Position numbers and translations under genes: made by a program. From positions 1,782-65,781 of the forward strand of contig CAMSWH010000004.1 in the NCBI GenBank assembly GCA_947064765.1: DNA of 64,000 nucleotides. The letters run 5' to 3'. The DNA comes from an uncultured Clostridium sp. Lineage in GTDB: Bacteria > Bacillota > Clostridia > TANB77 > CAG-508. Shown here piece after piece: positions 47,435 through 57,970 of the stretch (position 1 is its first letter; the number at the start of each line of letters is the position of its first letter). Below the pieces are notes generated by a model, which saw only the letters and a program-made list of their open reading frames with translations, was not told the DNA's origin and made no database searches.

Positions 47435-48418
47435 ATGAATATAATGTACTTAAAAAAATTAAAAATAGGAAATGTAGAATTAGAAAATAATATAATATTA
47501 GCTCCTATGGCTGGAGTTACAGATTTACCATATAGAATGATTTGTAAAAAGTATGGTAATCCTGGATTAGTTTGTAATGAGATGGTAAGTGCAAAAGCAA
47601 TATGTTATAAAGATGAGAAAACTTTAAAAATGATAAAATCTAATAATGAAAAAAGACCAATATCAATGCAAATTTTTGGAAGTGATCCAGAAGTTATGGG
47701 AGAAGCGTCCAAATTTATGTGTGATTATACTGATATTTTAGATATAAATATGGGATGTCCTGCTCCAAAAGTTGTAAAAAATGGAGATGGCAGTAAATTA
47801 TTATTAGATTTAGAACTTGTTTATAAAATAGTAAAAAGTGTGATAGAAAACTCTAGTAAACCAGTAACGGTAAAAATAAGAAAAGGATGGGATAATGATA
47901 ATATTGTTGCAGTAGAGGCGGCGAAAATTATTGAAGAAGCTGGAGCAGATGCTATAGTAGTTCATGGAAGAACGAGAGATGAATTTTATTCTGGAATAGC
48001 GGATTGGAACATAATAAAAGATGTAAAAAGCGCAGTCAAAATTCCAGTTATAGGAAATGGAGATATAAAAACAGAAGAAGATGCTGTAAGAATTTTTGAA
48101 CAAACAGGCTGTGATGGGATAATGATAGGAAGAGGTGCACTTGGAAATCCATGGATATTTAAACAAGTAGAGTATTATCTAAAAAATAATGAGAAGATGA
48201 AAGAGGTTTCAAATTTAGAAAAATATAATGTTATTTTAGAACATTTTGAATTATTATTAAAAGAAAAGGGAGAATATACAGCTACTAGAGAAATAAGAAA
48301 ACATATATCTTGGTATGTGAAAGGTATGCAAAATGCTACTGTAATTCGTGATAAAATAAACTCAGTTGAAACAGAAGATGAGTTTAAAAATATTTTAAAA
48401 CAATATTTTGGAATTTAA
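47435..48418 (+). CDS. dusB: tRNA-dihydrouridine synthase
   Basis: LAPMAGVTD, DINMGCP, and VHGRTR followed by GNGDI. Confidence 0.85.
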   Translation: MNIMYLKKLKIGNVELENNIILAPMAGVTDLPYRMICKKYGNPGLVCNEMVSAKAICYKDEKTLKMIKSNNEKRPISMQIFGSDPEVMGEASKFMCDYTDILDINMGCPAPKVVKNGDGSKLLLDLELVYKIVKSVIENSSKPVTVKIRKGWDNDNIVAVEAAKIIEEAGADAIVVHGRTRDEFYSGIADWNIIKDVKSAVKIPVIGNGDIKTEEDAVRIFEQTGCDGIMIGRGALGNPWIFKQVEYYLKNNEKMKEVSNLEKYNVILEHFELLLKEKGEYTATREIRKHISWYVKGMQNATVIRDKINSVETEDEFKNILKQYFGI

Positions 48419-48459
48419 AAATTCATGAATATTTAAAAATAAAAATAATATAGTTTAGA

Positions 48460-48486
48460 AGAATAGGTTTTTACTATTCTTTTTTA
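48460..48486 (+). terminator. Rho-independent terminator
   Basis: AGAATAG / CTATTCT stem followed by TTTTT. Confidence 0.6.
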
Positions 48487-48762
48487 TTTTAAATTTAAAC
48501 TATTGCTATTTTAATTATATATTTTCAATAAATAACTCATTTGTTAGTCGACTATATAAAAAATCATAAATTGATTTTTTTATATAATAACTTCGTAAGC
48601 CTCTTAGTTATGTATTAACTAACAGTAATCACTTACATTTAACTGTTAGTAAAAAACTACGCATCAGATATTTATTAAAAATATATAATCTAAGATTTAA
48701 TAATTAAAGTTCAATTAAAAGGTATAGATACTTTTATATAAATCTATTGAAAAGAGGTTTTT

Positions 48763-49365
48763 ATGAAATTTAAAAAAATTATGTTTATTTTTGTTTTTAT
48801 TTGTATTATTATTTTTAGTATTTTTTATTATAATTTTTTTCTTTTGGGTAATAATATCATTAGTAGAAGTCAAGAGGAAATTGTTGATAATATTTTAAAT
48901 GATTTGAGCTCTTATGAAGCAGATATAACAGTGAAAGTTATTAGCAATAAAAACGAAAATTATTATAATATGTATCAAATTGTTGATAATGAATATAGTA
49001 AATGTACTATTAATAGTCCAGATAATGTAAAAGGACTAAGTATTGAACTAGGAGATGGAAAATTAAAGATATCAAATGCAAGACTAAACATGGAAAAAAC
49101 ATATGATAATTATGAATTAATACTTAACAATTCATTGTTTCTTAATGTTTTTATTAATGATTATAAAAATAATGAGTCTAAAAACTATGAAGAAAATGAT
49201 TATATAGTTTTTTCTAGTAAACTTAATAATAATCATAGTACATATATAAAATATAAAGAATTATATGTAGATAAGCAAACAGGGATCCCAAAAGAATTAA
49301 TAATTAAAGACAATACCAAAAAGACATGTATCAGCATAATATATAATGATATAAAAATTAAATAA
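48763..49365 (+). CDS. membrane-anchored protein of unknown function
   Basis: N-terminal TM ([18 protein letters not shown]) followed by a beta-rich remainder. Confidence 0.6.
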   Translation: MKFKKIMFIFVFICIIIFSIFYYNFFLLGNNIISRSQEEIVDNILNDLSSYEADITVKVISNKNENYYNMYQIVDNEYSKCTINSPDNVKGLSIELGDGKLKISNARLNMEKTYDNYELILNNSLFLNVFINDYKNNESKNYEENDYIVFSSKLNNNHSTYIKYKELYVDKQTGIPKELIIKDNTKKTCISIIYNDIKIK

Positions 49366-49418
49366 TTTTAATATTTCAACAATTCTATTCTATATGTAAA
49401 TTAATAGGAGAGAAACTT

Positions 49419-49769
49419 ATGGTAATAAAAAGAGGAGATATGTTTTATGCAGATTTAAGTCCAGTTATTGGTTCTGAACAAGGGGGAATTAGACCAGTCT
49501 TAATTATACAGAATGATACTGGAAATAAATATAGTCCAACCGTTATAGCAGCCGCAATCACATCACAGACAGGTAAAAATAAATTGCCTACGCATATAGA
49601 CATAGGATCAGAAGATAATGGTTTAAAAGCTGATTCTGTTGTTTTAACAGAGCAGATTAGAACAATAGATAAAAGTAGACTTAAAGAAAAAATAGGTCAT
49701 ATAAATGACTCTAGTGTTATGGATCAAGTAAATAATGCGATAGGTATAAGCTTCGGTTTGGAAAATTAA
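49419..49769 (+). CDS. mazF: MazF/EndoA (PemK-family) endoribonuclease toxin
   Basis: [30 protein letters not shown]...KLPTHI...[12 protein letters not shown] is nearly collinear with Bacillus EndoA. Confidence 0.85.
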   Translation: MVIKRGDMFYADLSPVIGSEQGGIRPVLIIQNDTGNKYSPTVIAAAITSQTGKNKLPTHIDIGSEDNGLKADSVVLTEQIRTIDKSRLKEKIGHINDSSVMDQVNNAIGISFGLEN

Positions 49770-49777
49770 AGCAATAT

Positions 49778-49825
49778 CAAGATTTTGTAACAGTTTGAGC
49801 TGATTACAGAATCTTGATTTTTTTT
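49778..49825 (+). terminator. Rho-independent terminator
   Basis: CAAGATTTTGTAA / TTACAGAATCTTG stem followed by ATTTTTTTT. Confidence 0.8.
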
Positions 49826-49965
49826 GAAAAAACATTTTACTATTTATTAAAAATAGTATATGATAATAAAAAAAGAAAAAGGAGTTATAATATTTTAAAC
49901 AAATAAAGCTTGACATACAAAAGATTATTACAAAAGAGAGTTTTTGTTTTTATTATGTAGAAAAG

Positions 49966-50829
49966 ATGGAATTTAAAAAGTATGAAACAAAAGAAAAATT
50001 TTTAGAAGAGAATTTAGATATTTTAGTAAAAGAAGAAGCAAAAAACGATATAATTATAGGAATAGTTTTTGAGCATGAATCAGAAAAAGTTAATAATTGG
50101 TTACTTGGCAGGATTGAAGAAGCAGGTGAGGTAAAAGCAATATTTATAGTTGATGATGATAAATATGGATTAGCCTTATATTCTCCAACTGGAGAGATGA
50201 CTAATGAAACAATAGATTTTTTAGTAGATAATATTGTTAATTTAGACATAAGATTAGCAGAAATATTAGCAGAAAAAAAATATTTGCAAAAAATAGCAGA
50301 TACGTATATTAGTAAAACAAATGCAGAAGTATTTTATTCTTACTATTCATATACATTAAAACTAAAAGAGGTAAAAACAGAGTATCCTTTAGGAGAAAAT
50401 GAAAAATTAGTAAAATTAGTTGATGAGAAAGATAATCCAGAACATTTAATCCCTTTAGTAAAAGAAATTTATACGGATATATATGAAGAAGAGGAATGTT
50501 CTGATGAAGAGGCTTTAAAAGTAGCAAAAATATACTTAAAAAAGGGAATATACTTATTAACAAATGATAAAGAAAATGAAATATATACTCAAGCAGTACA
50601 TGTTAGAAAACATGTAAACGGTGGCGCAATAGGAGCAGTAATTACACCAAAAGAGCATAGAGGAAAAGGATATGCTAAAAAGTGTGTTTCTCATGTTTGT
50701 AAAGAAATTTTAAAAGATAATGAATTTGTTGTTTTACATGTTGATGTAGAAAATGAATCTGCAATGTCAGTTTATAAAAAAATAGGATTTGAAGAAATTG
50801 ATGAAACAGGAAAAATAATATTCAAATAA
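49966..50829 (+). CDS. GNAT-domain protein
   Basis: C-terminal acetyl-CoA motif PKEHRGKGYAKKCV and YKKIGFEE. Confidence 0.7.
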   Translation: MEFKKYETKEKFLEENLDILVKEEAKNDIIIGIVFEHESEKVNNWLLGRIEEAGEVKAIFIVDDDKYGLALYSPTGEMTNETIDFLVDNIVNLDIRLAEILAEKKYLQKIADTYISKTNAEVFYSYYSYTLKLKEVKTEYPLGENEKLVKLVDEKDNPEHLIPLVKEIYTDIYEEEECSDEEALKVAKIYLKKGIYLLTNDKENEIYTQAVHVRKHVNGGAIGAVITPKEHRGKGYAKKCVSHVCKEILKDNEFVVLHVDVENESAMSVYKKIGFEEIDETGKIIFK

Positions 50830-50889
50830 TATTGAAGTTTTTGCAACATTTCTATATAATATTGAAAGATTAATGTCGGAGGATAGTTT

Positions 50890-52281
50890 ATGGATAGTGT
50901 AGTGATAAAAGAATTATACAGAAATAGTGAAAAATATTTTGGAAAAGAGATAGAAGTATCAGGTTGGATAAAAACAGTTAGAGACTCAAAAACATTTGGT
51001 TTTATTGAAGTTAATGATGGATCGTTCTTTAAAAATTTACAAATTGTTTTTGATAATTCATTATCAAATTTTGATGAAATATGTAAATTAACTTTAAGTA
51101 CATCAATAACAGTTATTGGTGATTTAGTTAAAACTGAAAACGCAAAACAACCTTTTGAAGTAAAAGCAAAAGAAATAAAAGTAATAGCAATTTCTTCTCC
51201 AGAATATCCATTACAAAAGAAAAGACATACAATGGAATACTTAAGAACAATAGCACATTTACGTCCAAGAACAAATACATTTAATGCGGTATTTAGAGTA
51301 CGTTCAGTAGCATCATATGCAATACACAAATTCTTTCAAGAAAATAATTTTGTGTATGTTCATACACCAATAATTACAGGAAGTGATGCAGAAGGTGCAG
51401 GAGAAATGTTTAATTTAAACACATTTGATTTACAAAATGTGGATAAATTAGAAGATGGAACAGTTGATTTTACCAAAGACTTTTTTGGAAAACCAGCTCA
51501 TCTTACAGTTAGTGGTCAGCTTAATGTTGAAACATATGCATTTGCTTTTAGAAATGTATATACATTTGGACCAACATTTAGAGCTGAGAATTCAAATACA
51601 GTAAAACACGCAGCAGAATTTTGGATGATAGAACCAGAAATTTGTTTTGCAGATTTAAAAGATGATATGGATTTAGCAGAGAATATGCTAAAATATGTAA
51701 TAAATTATGTATTAGAAAATTGTCCAGAAGAAATGGAATTTTTCAATAATTTTATAGATAAAACATTACTTGAAAGACTTAATAACGTGGTAAATTCTGA
51801 GTTTGGAAGAATTAGCTATACAGATGCTGTAAAAGAACTTGAAAAACATAACGATAAATTTGAATATAAAGTATGTTGGGGAACAGACTTACAAACAGAA
51901 CATGAAAGGTATTTAAGTGAAGAAATATTTAAAAAACCAGTATTTGTTACAGATTATCCAGCAGAAATAAAAGCATTTTATATGAAATTAAACCCAGATG
52001 GAAAAACAGTAGCAGCAAGTGATCTTTTAGCACCAGGAATAGGTGAAATAATTGGTGGAAGCCAAAGAGAAGATAGTTTAGAAATCTTACAAAACAAGAT
52101 TAAAGATTTAAATATGGATGAAAAAGATTATTGGTGGTATTTAGATTTAAGAAGATATGGAAGTGTACCACATAGTGGATTTGGACTTGGTTTTGAAAGA
52201 CTTATGATGTATATAACAGGTATGCAGAATATACGTGATGTAATACCATTTCCTAGAACACCAAAAAATTGTGAATTTTAA
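50890..52281 (+). CDS. asnS: asparaginyl-tRNA synthetase
   Basis: Class II motifs ([22 protein letters not shown]) and an N-terminal OB fold. Confidence 0.95.
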   Translation: MDSVVIKELYRNSEKYFGKEIEVSGWIKTVRDSKTFGFIEVNDGSFFKNLQIVFDNSLSNFDEICKLTLSTSITVIGDLVKTENAKQPFEVKAKEIKVIAISSPEYPLQKKRHTMEYLRTIAHLRPRTNTFNAVFRVRSVASYAIHKFFQENNFVYVHTPIITGSDAEGAGEMFNLNTFDLQNVDKLEDGTVDFTKDFFGKPAHLTVSGQLNVETYAFAFRNVYTFGPTFRAENSNTVKHAAEFWMIEPEICFADLKDDMDLAENMLKYVINYVLENCPEEMEFFNNFIDKTLLERLNNVVNSEFGRISYTDAVKELEKHNDKFEYKVCWGTDLQTEHERYLSEEIFKKPVFVTDYPAEIKAFYMKLNPDGKTVAASDLLAPGIGEIIGGSQREDSLEILQNKIKDLNMDEKDYWWYLDLRRYGSVPHSGFGLGFERLMMYITGMQNIRDVIPFPRTPKNCEF

Positions 52282-52320
52282 AAATACATGAACTAAAGAG
52301 ATTTGAAAGGAAATACAAAA

Positions 52321-54156
52321 ATGAAAAAAGTATTATTTGATGTAGATGTATTAGATAAACATTATTGTATATATTTAGATGAAGAAACAAATAATTCATA
52401 TGCATATTCAATAAAAAAGAATGAAAAGGCATATGTAGTAAAAAAAGAAGAAGAAATAGATTTTCTTAATAAAATTGTTGAAAGTCTTAATAAAAAATAT
52501 ATAAAAAGAGAAATTATAAATTATAATGATGAATATTATTACAGATATATCAATAAATATAATCAAAAAAGTTACTTTTCTAAAATAATAAATGAGAATG
52601 AAATAGTATGTTCATATGACAGTATAAAAGAATTATATGATTATTATAATTCTCCCAAAGTATTAATGAGCAGACGTTCAAAAATAACTAAAATGAGTAA
52701 GGATAATTGGGATTACAGCAAATATAGTAGCAGTGGATATAATATGAATAATATGAACTATCACAGAAAATCGAAGTTACCAGTAAAAATAGCAGTTTGT
52801 ATTTTGGGAGTAGCAGCTACTATAACACTTGGAACAGGAGGATATCAAGTACTTTCTAAATCTGTTTTACCAAATATACTTACATCAAAAGAAGATGTAA
52901 AAGATGTAGAGTTTAAAACAGCAGACACTAAAATATCAGAAAAATATATAGAAATACAAAAACAACTTTTAGAACTTGGATTAGATAATTGGGAAATAGC
53001 AGCAGAACTTGATTCGGCATCTATAATATATGGAGAAATGAATGATATATCATTTTATTATGATGGAGATAAAGATGAAATAATATATGTAGATGGAAAT
53101 ATAGAACAAGAATTAGAAACAGATACAGAAGAAATTGAAAGGGACTCCATACCAGAAAATGTACAGCAAATTTTATCAGCACTTAACTCAAATCAAACAT
53201 TGTCTTATGAAGAAAAAGCATATATAGAGGAAAAATTTTTGCCAGATTGGATACAAAACAGTAATTATTTACAAACAGAGCAACTTGTAAATACATATTC
53301 AAGATTAAAAATGAATTATGATTATAAACCAGATGGAGAAGATATAGATGTTGATTATACTCCAAATAAAAAAGCAGCTGGTGTTGCAATAATTGGAGCA
53401 GATGAATTAACAATATATACAACAGATCATTTTGAACCGGGAAATGGAACTATTGATCATGAACTAAAGCATTTTAATGGAAATTTTGATGTTTATGAAG
53501 CAACATTATTAAATGAAGGATATACAAATTTAGATATAAATGATAATGTATATTCTCAAGAACAATTAATGGTTGGATTATTAATGGAAACTTTTGGAAT
53601 AGAATTAGTAAATGAAGGCTATTATTCTTCAAATTTAAAAGAATTAGTAGCAAACAATATAGTTGAAAAATCAGGAAAAACGCTTGAAGAAGCAACAAAA
53701 GAAACATATGATTTTTTTGATGATATAGAAAATGCTTTATATCGAACAGGAGAACTTGGAGATAATTATAGAGAAAATGCCGAATTAATGAAAGACTATC
53801 AAGATATTTTTGATAAACTTAGTGTATATTATGAAGCAAATAATAAAAAAGAAATGGGAAAAAATATCATAGTATCAATTATAAAAGATGAAATTATGGG
53901 AACAAATGATACTCAAATGCTTGGAAGTAGAGAATCTGTATCAAGTATTAGATATAGTGGAGATGGAACTCTTAAGGTAAATATAGTAAAAAATGAAGGA
54001 GATTTAGAATATACACAAGCAGGAATAGGAATTATAAGAAGTGTAGATTCTAAATATGGAAGATCAATAACTATAGGGCAAGATGAAAAATATAACAATT
54101 CTAAAAAAATATTTAGTCAAATAGAAGATGAAGATATAGAATATTCAAGTAGATAA
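52321..54156 (+). CDS. single-pass membrane protein with an extracytoplasmic HExxH motif (possible metallopeptidase)
   Basis: TM KIAVCILGVAATITLGTGGY. HELKH is encoded at 53458-53472, followed by LLNEGYT. ORF opens at 52303, and ATG 52321 is preferred as the start. Confidence 0.5.
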   Translation: MKKVLFDVDVLDKHYCIYLDEETNNSYAYSIKKNEKAYVVKKEEEIDFLNKIVESLNKKYIKREIINYNDEYYYRYINKYNQKSYFSKIINENEIVCSYDSIKELYDYYNSPKVLMSRRSKITKMSKDNWDYSKYSSSGYNMNNMNYHRKSKLPVKIAVCILGVAATITLGTGGYQVLSKSVLPNILTSKEDVKDVEFKTADTKISEKYIEIQKQLLELGLDNWEIAAELDSASIIYGEMNDISFYYDGDKDEIIYVDGNIEQELETDTEEIERDSIPENVQQILSALNSNQTLSYEEKAYIEEKFLPDWIQNSNYLQTEQLVNTYSRLKMNYDYKPDGEDIDVDYTPNKKAAGVAIIGADELTIYTTDHFEPGNGTIDHELKHFNGNFDVYEATLLNEGYTNLDINDNVYSQEQLMVGLLMETFGIELVNEGYYSSNLKELVANNIVEKSGKTLEEATKETYDFFDDIENALYRTGELGDNYRENAELMKDYQDIFDKLSVYYEANNKKEMGKNIIVSIIKDEIMGTNDTQMLGSRESVSSIRYSGDGTLKVNIVKNEGDLEYTQAGIGIIRSVDSKYGRSITIGQDEKYNNSKKIFSQIEDEDIEYSSR

Positions 54157-54188
54157 TATAAAGAATTCATTTTAATTAAGTATAGAAG

Positions 54189-54232
54189 ACTCCTAATTGT
54201 TAGATAATAATTTAACAATTAGGAGTAATTTT
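54189..54232. terminator. bidirectional terminator between convergent genes
   Basis: ACTCCTAATTGTTA / TAACAATTAGGAGT 14-bp stem. Confidence 0.7.
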
Positions 54233-54276
54233 ATATTAGTAAAATTTAATATTGAAGATTTAATGAAGCTTAATTT

Positions 54277-54795
54277 TTAAAATTTATTATAAAATACAGT
54301 TTTTTCAATAGGTTCTCTTGTTTCATGCATAGCACTTGGAGTGGCATCATCAGCAGGATATCCTATAGGTAAAATTGAAACAATTTCATAGTTTTCAGGA
54401 ATATTATAAACTTCACGAACTTTTGCAGGATTGAAGGCACCAATCCAAGTTGTACCTAAACCTAAATCTTCTATTTCAAGCATCATATGTGTTGTAATAA
54501 TACTTGCATCAACACGACCTTCATCATGACCATCATATTTATTTTTCCAAGAAATATTTTTATCATAGCATATAATCATTATAACTGGTGCACCCCAACC
54601 AAATCTAGTGCATTCACTTAATTTTGAAAGTTCTGCTTCATCTGTTAAAACAAGTATTCTTTGAGGTTGAAAATTACAAGCAGTTGGAGCAATTCTTCCA
54701 GCTTCTAAAATTTTATCTATTTTTTCTTGCTCAACAGCTTTGTTTTCAAAGCTTCTACAAGAATATCTTTTTTTAGCTAATTCTAAAAAATCCAT
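54277..54795 (-). CDS. nitroreductase-family protein
   Basis: KKRYSCRSF...APTACNFQPQRILV. Confidence 0.85.
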   Translation of the reverse strand: MDFLELAKKRYSCRSFENKAVEQEKIDKILEAGRIAPTACNFQPQRILVLTDEAELSKLSECTRFGWGAPVIMIICYDKNISWKNKYDGHDEGRVDASIITTHMMLEIEDLGLGTTWIGAFNPAKVREVYNIPENYEIVSILPIGYPADDATPSAMHETREPIEKTVFYNKF

Positions 54796-55065
54796 AATAA
54801 ATCCTCCTTTAATTTAAAAGTATTATATCATAAATTTAGAAAATATAAACAGATATAGTGAGTAAAATTATATCAAATTTAAAAATATAAATACTTATTA
54901 TAATTGGTTATTAATTATAGAAATTAGGCTAATATTGTGGTAATATATTAGTGAAACAAATATTGAGTAATATAGTTATAAAATTATATGATAATAGTAT
55001 AATAAAATTTTTATATTTTATAGCAATTTATATAGATATTTAAGTAATAGTTTATAGGAGAAAAA

Positions 55066-56037
55066 ATGAAAAAGACAGTAAAAATATTAATATTTTTAGT
55101 AATTGCTATAGCAATTACTATGATTGTTTTTATGAAAGTACATACTAAATATAATGAAGAAATAATAGACGAAGAAAGTGGAATGAGAATTACTTTAGTT
55201 GCAGGAGTTGCTATTCCAGAAAATGGAGATCGTAATTCAAATTCATATTTAATAAGAACAAAAAATAATAAACTTATTGTTGTTGATGGAGGAGAAATAG
55301 GAGATGCAGATTTTTTATTAGGATACATAATGAAATATGGGAATGGAAAAGTAGATTATTGGTATATTACTCACCCACATAGTGATCATGTTGGTGCACT
55401 ATGTGAGTTATTAGGAAGAGAAAATTGTAATATAGAAGTTGAAAATTTATATTATTCTTTTAATGAATTAAAGTGGTATGAAGAATATGATAAAAGAGGA
55501 TACGAATCAGAAAAGTTAATGTATGAAACTTTAGAAAGTTCTAAAATTATTAATAAAGTATCATGTAAGAAAAATCAAATTATAAATATGGATAATATTA
55601 AATGTGAAATAATAAGAATTGCAAATCCAGAAGTAACAAAATCAGACAATGGAAATGATAGTAGTATGGTTTTTAAAATGACAGCAGTTGATGTAGATAA
55701 AAGTATGATATTTTTAGGAGATGGATTTAATTATACAAGCAAAGAATTATTAGAAGAACCAGAAAAATTAAAAAGTTATGCAGTACAAATGGCACATCAC
55801 GGACAAAATGGTGTAAAAAAAGAAGTATATGATGCAATTTCACCTAAATTATGCTTTTTTAACGCACCAAAATGGTTATATGATAATGATAATGGAGGAG
55901 GATATAATTCAGGAAAATGGAAAAGTATTATTACTAGAGGATGGGTAGAAGAATATGGAGCAGATTCAATTTGTGCTTTTGAAGGAGATAAAGTAATTAA
56001 ATTAACTAAAGAAGGATACAAAATTATAGAGGAGTAG
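55066..56037 (+). CDS. membrane-anchored MBL-fold hydrolase (ComEC-type beta-lactamase domain)
   Basis: N-terminal TM segment, ITHPHSDHVGAL, and a downstream HHG. Confidence 0.75.
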   Translation: MKKTVKILIFLVIAIAITMIVFMKVHTKYNEEIIDEESGMRITLVAGVAIPENGDRNSNSYLIRTKNNKLIVVDGGEIGDADFLLGYIMKYGNGKVDYWYITHPHSDHVGALCELLGRENCNIEVENLYYSFNELKWYEEYDKRGYESEKLMYETLESSKIINKVSCKKNQIINMDNIKCEIIRIANPEVTKSDNGNDSSMVFKMTAVDVDKSMIFLGDGFNYTSKELLEEPEKLKSYAVQMAHHGQNGVKKEVYDAISPKLCFFNAPKWLYDNDNGGGYNSGKWKSIITRGWVEEYGADSICAFEGDKVIKLTKEGYKIIEE

Positions 56038-56044
56038 AGGATAT

Positions 56045-57493
56045 ATGAATGAATTAAAAAAAGCAGAAGAAAAATTTAAAAGTATTTTACGAAAATATCC
56101 AACAGATAAATTGCTAGAATATATCTCTAATAAATCTATGGAAATAGATTTAAATCAACAAGGTATTGTATTTGAAAAGAATATACTATATTCTCAATGG
56201 GAGTTAACACAATTATGTTATTATTCTATAAAATATAGTAATGATTATAGATACATGAATTCTGAAATCAATATGAATGACTTTTATAAGTTATTGAACG
56301 AAAATAAAAAGTATGATAGTTGTATGGAAAATATTAAAAATATGGATAAAATAAAAATTCTTGAACATATGCAATGTTTAACCAATGTACAATTTGATTA
56401 CCAGCAAAATAGAATAATAAGTAGATTTAACAGAATGTATAAAATTTTAATAGATATAAATCAAAATGAAGATTATATTCAAAGTACAAAAGTATATATT
56501 AATTTTGATGAAAAGTTTAAGGAAATTACTGGCATAGAAATGCTTAAATTTATAAAAATATATTTTATTATTATTTTACTTATAATATCTACAAAAAAGA
56601 ATAAAATATTAGATATATATGATATGATTAAAGAAGATATTGAAAAGATAGGGATTACGCAAAAAGAATGTCTAATGGCGATAGAATATTATAGTAAAAA
56701 ATATTCATATTTTAGAGACTGTGATAATTGGAATTCATTGAAATTTTATCCAATTGTAAAAACTGATAAAAATGAAAAATATATTTTAACTAATAAAGGA
56801 TCATTTATGATTTCTTTTCCAGATATACAATATTGGATAATAAGAAATTATTATAAAGAGAATGAAAATCGCGATTTTACAAGTTACTTTGGAGAATGTT
56901 TTGAAATCTATTTAAAAGAAGTGTTTGAATTTTATAATATTAATGCAGAAAAGTTAGAAGAAGATGGTAAGAGCAAAGTACCAGATTGGAAAATAGAAAC
57001 GAAAAAATATACAATTTTAGTTGAACAAAAAGCTACTTTATTTCCTATAGATGCTAGAGTAACAACAAGTGCGAATAGATATGATGCTATTGAAAAATAT
57101 TTTGAAAATATAAAAAAAGCTTTTAAGCAATTAAATTCTTTTGAAACTAAAGATAATGAAAAAAAAATTATAAGAATATGTTTAACATATGAAACAATCC
57201 ATATGACTGAAAATGCACAAGATATTATAAGAGAAATAATGGAATTTGATGATGAGATATATTTGAATTGGATATTAAATATTGATGAATTTGAAACTTT
57301 AATGGAACTTTTAAATGAAAGCGAAGAAAAATTTGATAATATCATTGAAAAAAAGATTGATTTAGAAAAAAAAGATAGTAATGAGGGAAAAAGTTTTGAA
57401 AGTATATTCGAGAAATTGGAAAGTAATTATGCGCGTGAAGAAATAAATTATTTTGATAATCTTATTAAAGAAATAGGAAAAGAATATTTATAG
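56045..57493 (+). CDS. hypothetical protein with a PD-(D/E)xK-like motif
   Basis: FGECFEIYL...VPDWKIETKKYTILVEQKAT (D at 56984-86, E-x-K at 57023-31). It starts 7 nt after the MBL gene. Confidence 0.5.
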   Translation: MNELKKAEEKFKSILRKYPTDKLLEYISNKSMEIDLNQQGIVFEKNILYSQWELTQLCYYSIKYSNDYRYMNSEINMNDFYKLLNENKKYDSCMENIKNMDKIKILEHMQCLTNVQFDYQQNRIISRFNRMYKILIDINQNEDYIQSTKVYINFDEKFKEITGIEMLKFIKIYFIIILLIISTKKNKILDIYDMIKEDIEKIGITQKECLMAIEYYSKKYSYFRDCDNWNSLKFYPIVKTDKNEKYILTNKGSFMISFPDIQYWIIRNYYKENENRDFTSYFGECFEIYLKEVFEFYNINAEKLEEDGKSKVPDWKIETKKYTILVEQKATLFPIDARVTTSANRYDAIEKYFENIKKAFKQLNSFETKDNEKKIIRICLTYETIHMTENAQDIIREIMEFDDEIYLNWILNIDEFETLMELLNESEEKFDNIIEKKIDLEKKDSNEGKSFESIFEKLESNYAREEINYFDNLIKEIGKEYL

Positions 57494-57570
57494 AATTGAT
57501 AAAAAATACTGATGTATAGTTAAAAAATTATAAATAAAAAAGGATTATATTTTCAAACTTCTTATAAAAC

Positions 57571-57599
57571 TTGCACATTAAAAAAATATGTGTTAAAAT
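57571..57599 (+). promoter_or_regulatory. sigma-A promoter with extended -10
   Basis: TTGCAC (57571-76), 17 nt, TG-n-TAAAAT (57591-99). Confidence 0.55.
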
Positions 57600-57623
57600 A
57601 TATAAAAATTAAATAAGAATAAA

Positions 57624-57881
57624 CCGTTGATTTAGAGTAGTAAGTATAATTGAAGAAAATAGAGAGTAATTGTTGGTGGAAATATTACATTGGAAGTTTT
57701 ACTGAATGGACTAATGAGGGCAACCCGAAATGTATAAAGTAGGCGTTGACGAGATTCTAACTCGTAAAAAGTAGACATATATGATGGTATATGAAGAAAT
57801 GAGTGGGCAATATTGTCAAATAAGGTGGCACCGCAGGAATTGTACTCCTGTCCTTAAATATTTTAAGGATAGGAGTTTTTT
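57624..57881 (+). promoter_or_regulatory. T-box leader, specifier UGG (Trp), with terminator
   Basis: Stem I GTTG/CAAC. AGUA (57636-39) lies opposite UGAA-UGG-A (57703-10). AGAGAG bulge. T-box GGTGGCACCGC (57824-34). Terminator CTCCTGTCCTTA/TAAGGATAGGAG plus TTTTTT (57845-81). Confidence 0.85.
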
Positions 57882-57970
57882 GTATGGAAAAAAAGTATTA
57901 TATGAGAAAAACAGAGAAAAATTGGTGTATGCAATTAATTTAAAAATATAATAAATTTGGAGGTACAAAA

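Noticed and set aside
48555-48655. AT-rich palindromes upstream of gene 48763: TATAAAAAATCA/TGATTTTTTTATA and ACTAACAGT/ACTGTTAGT.
   Set aside because: Neither is followed by a T run in the right orientation. Palindromes of this size are common in DNA of about 20 percent GC. There is no second copy or associated regulator gene.
57884-57943. A 19-codon ORF (MEKKYYMRKTEKNWCMQLI) just after the T-box terminator. Its SD-like AGGAG is the terminator 3' arm, and it contains one Trp codon.
   Set aside because: A link to Trp control is tempting. But a single UGG in a short AT-rich ORF is expected by chance, and T-box leaders do not need leader peptides. There is no independent support for it.
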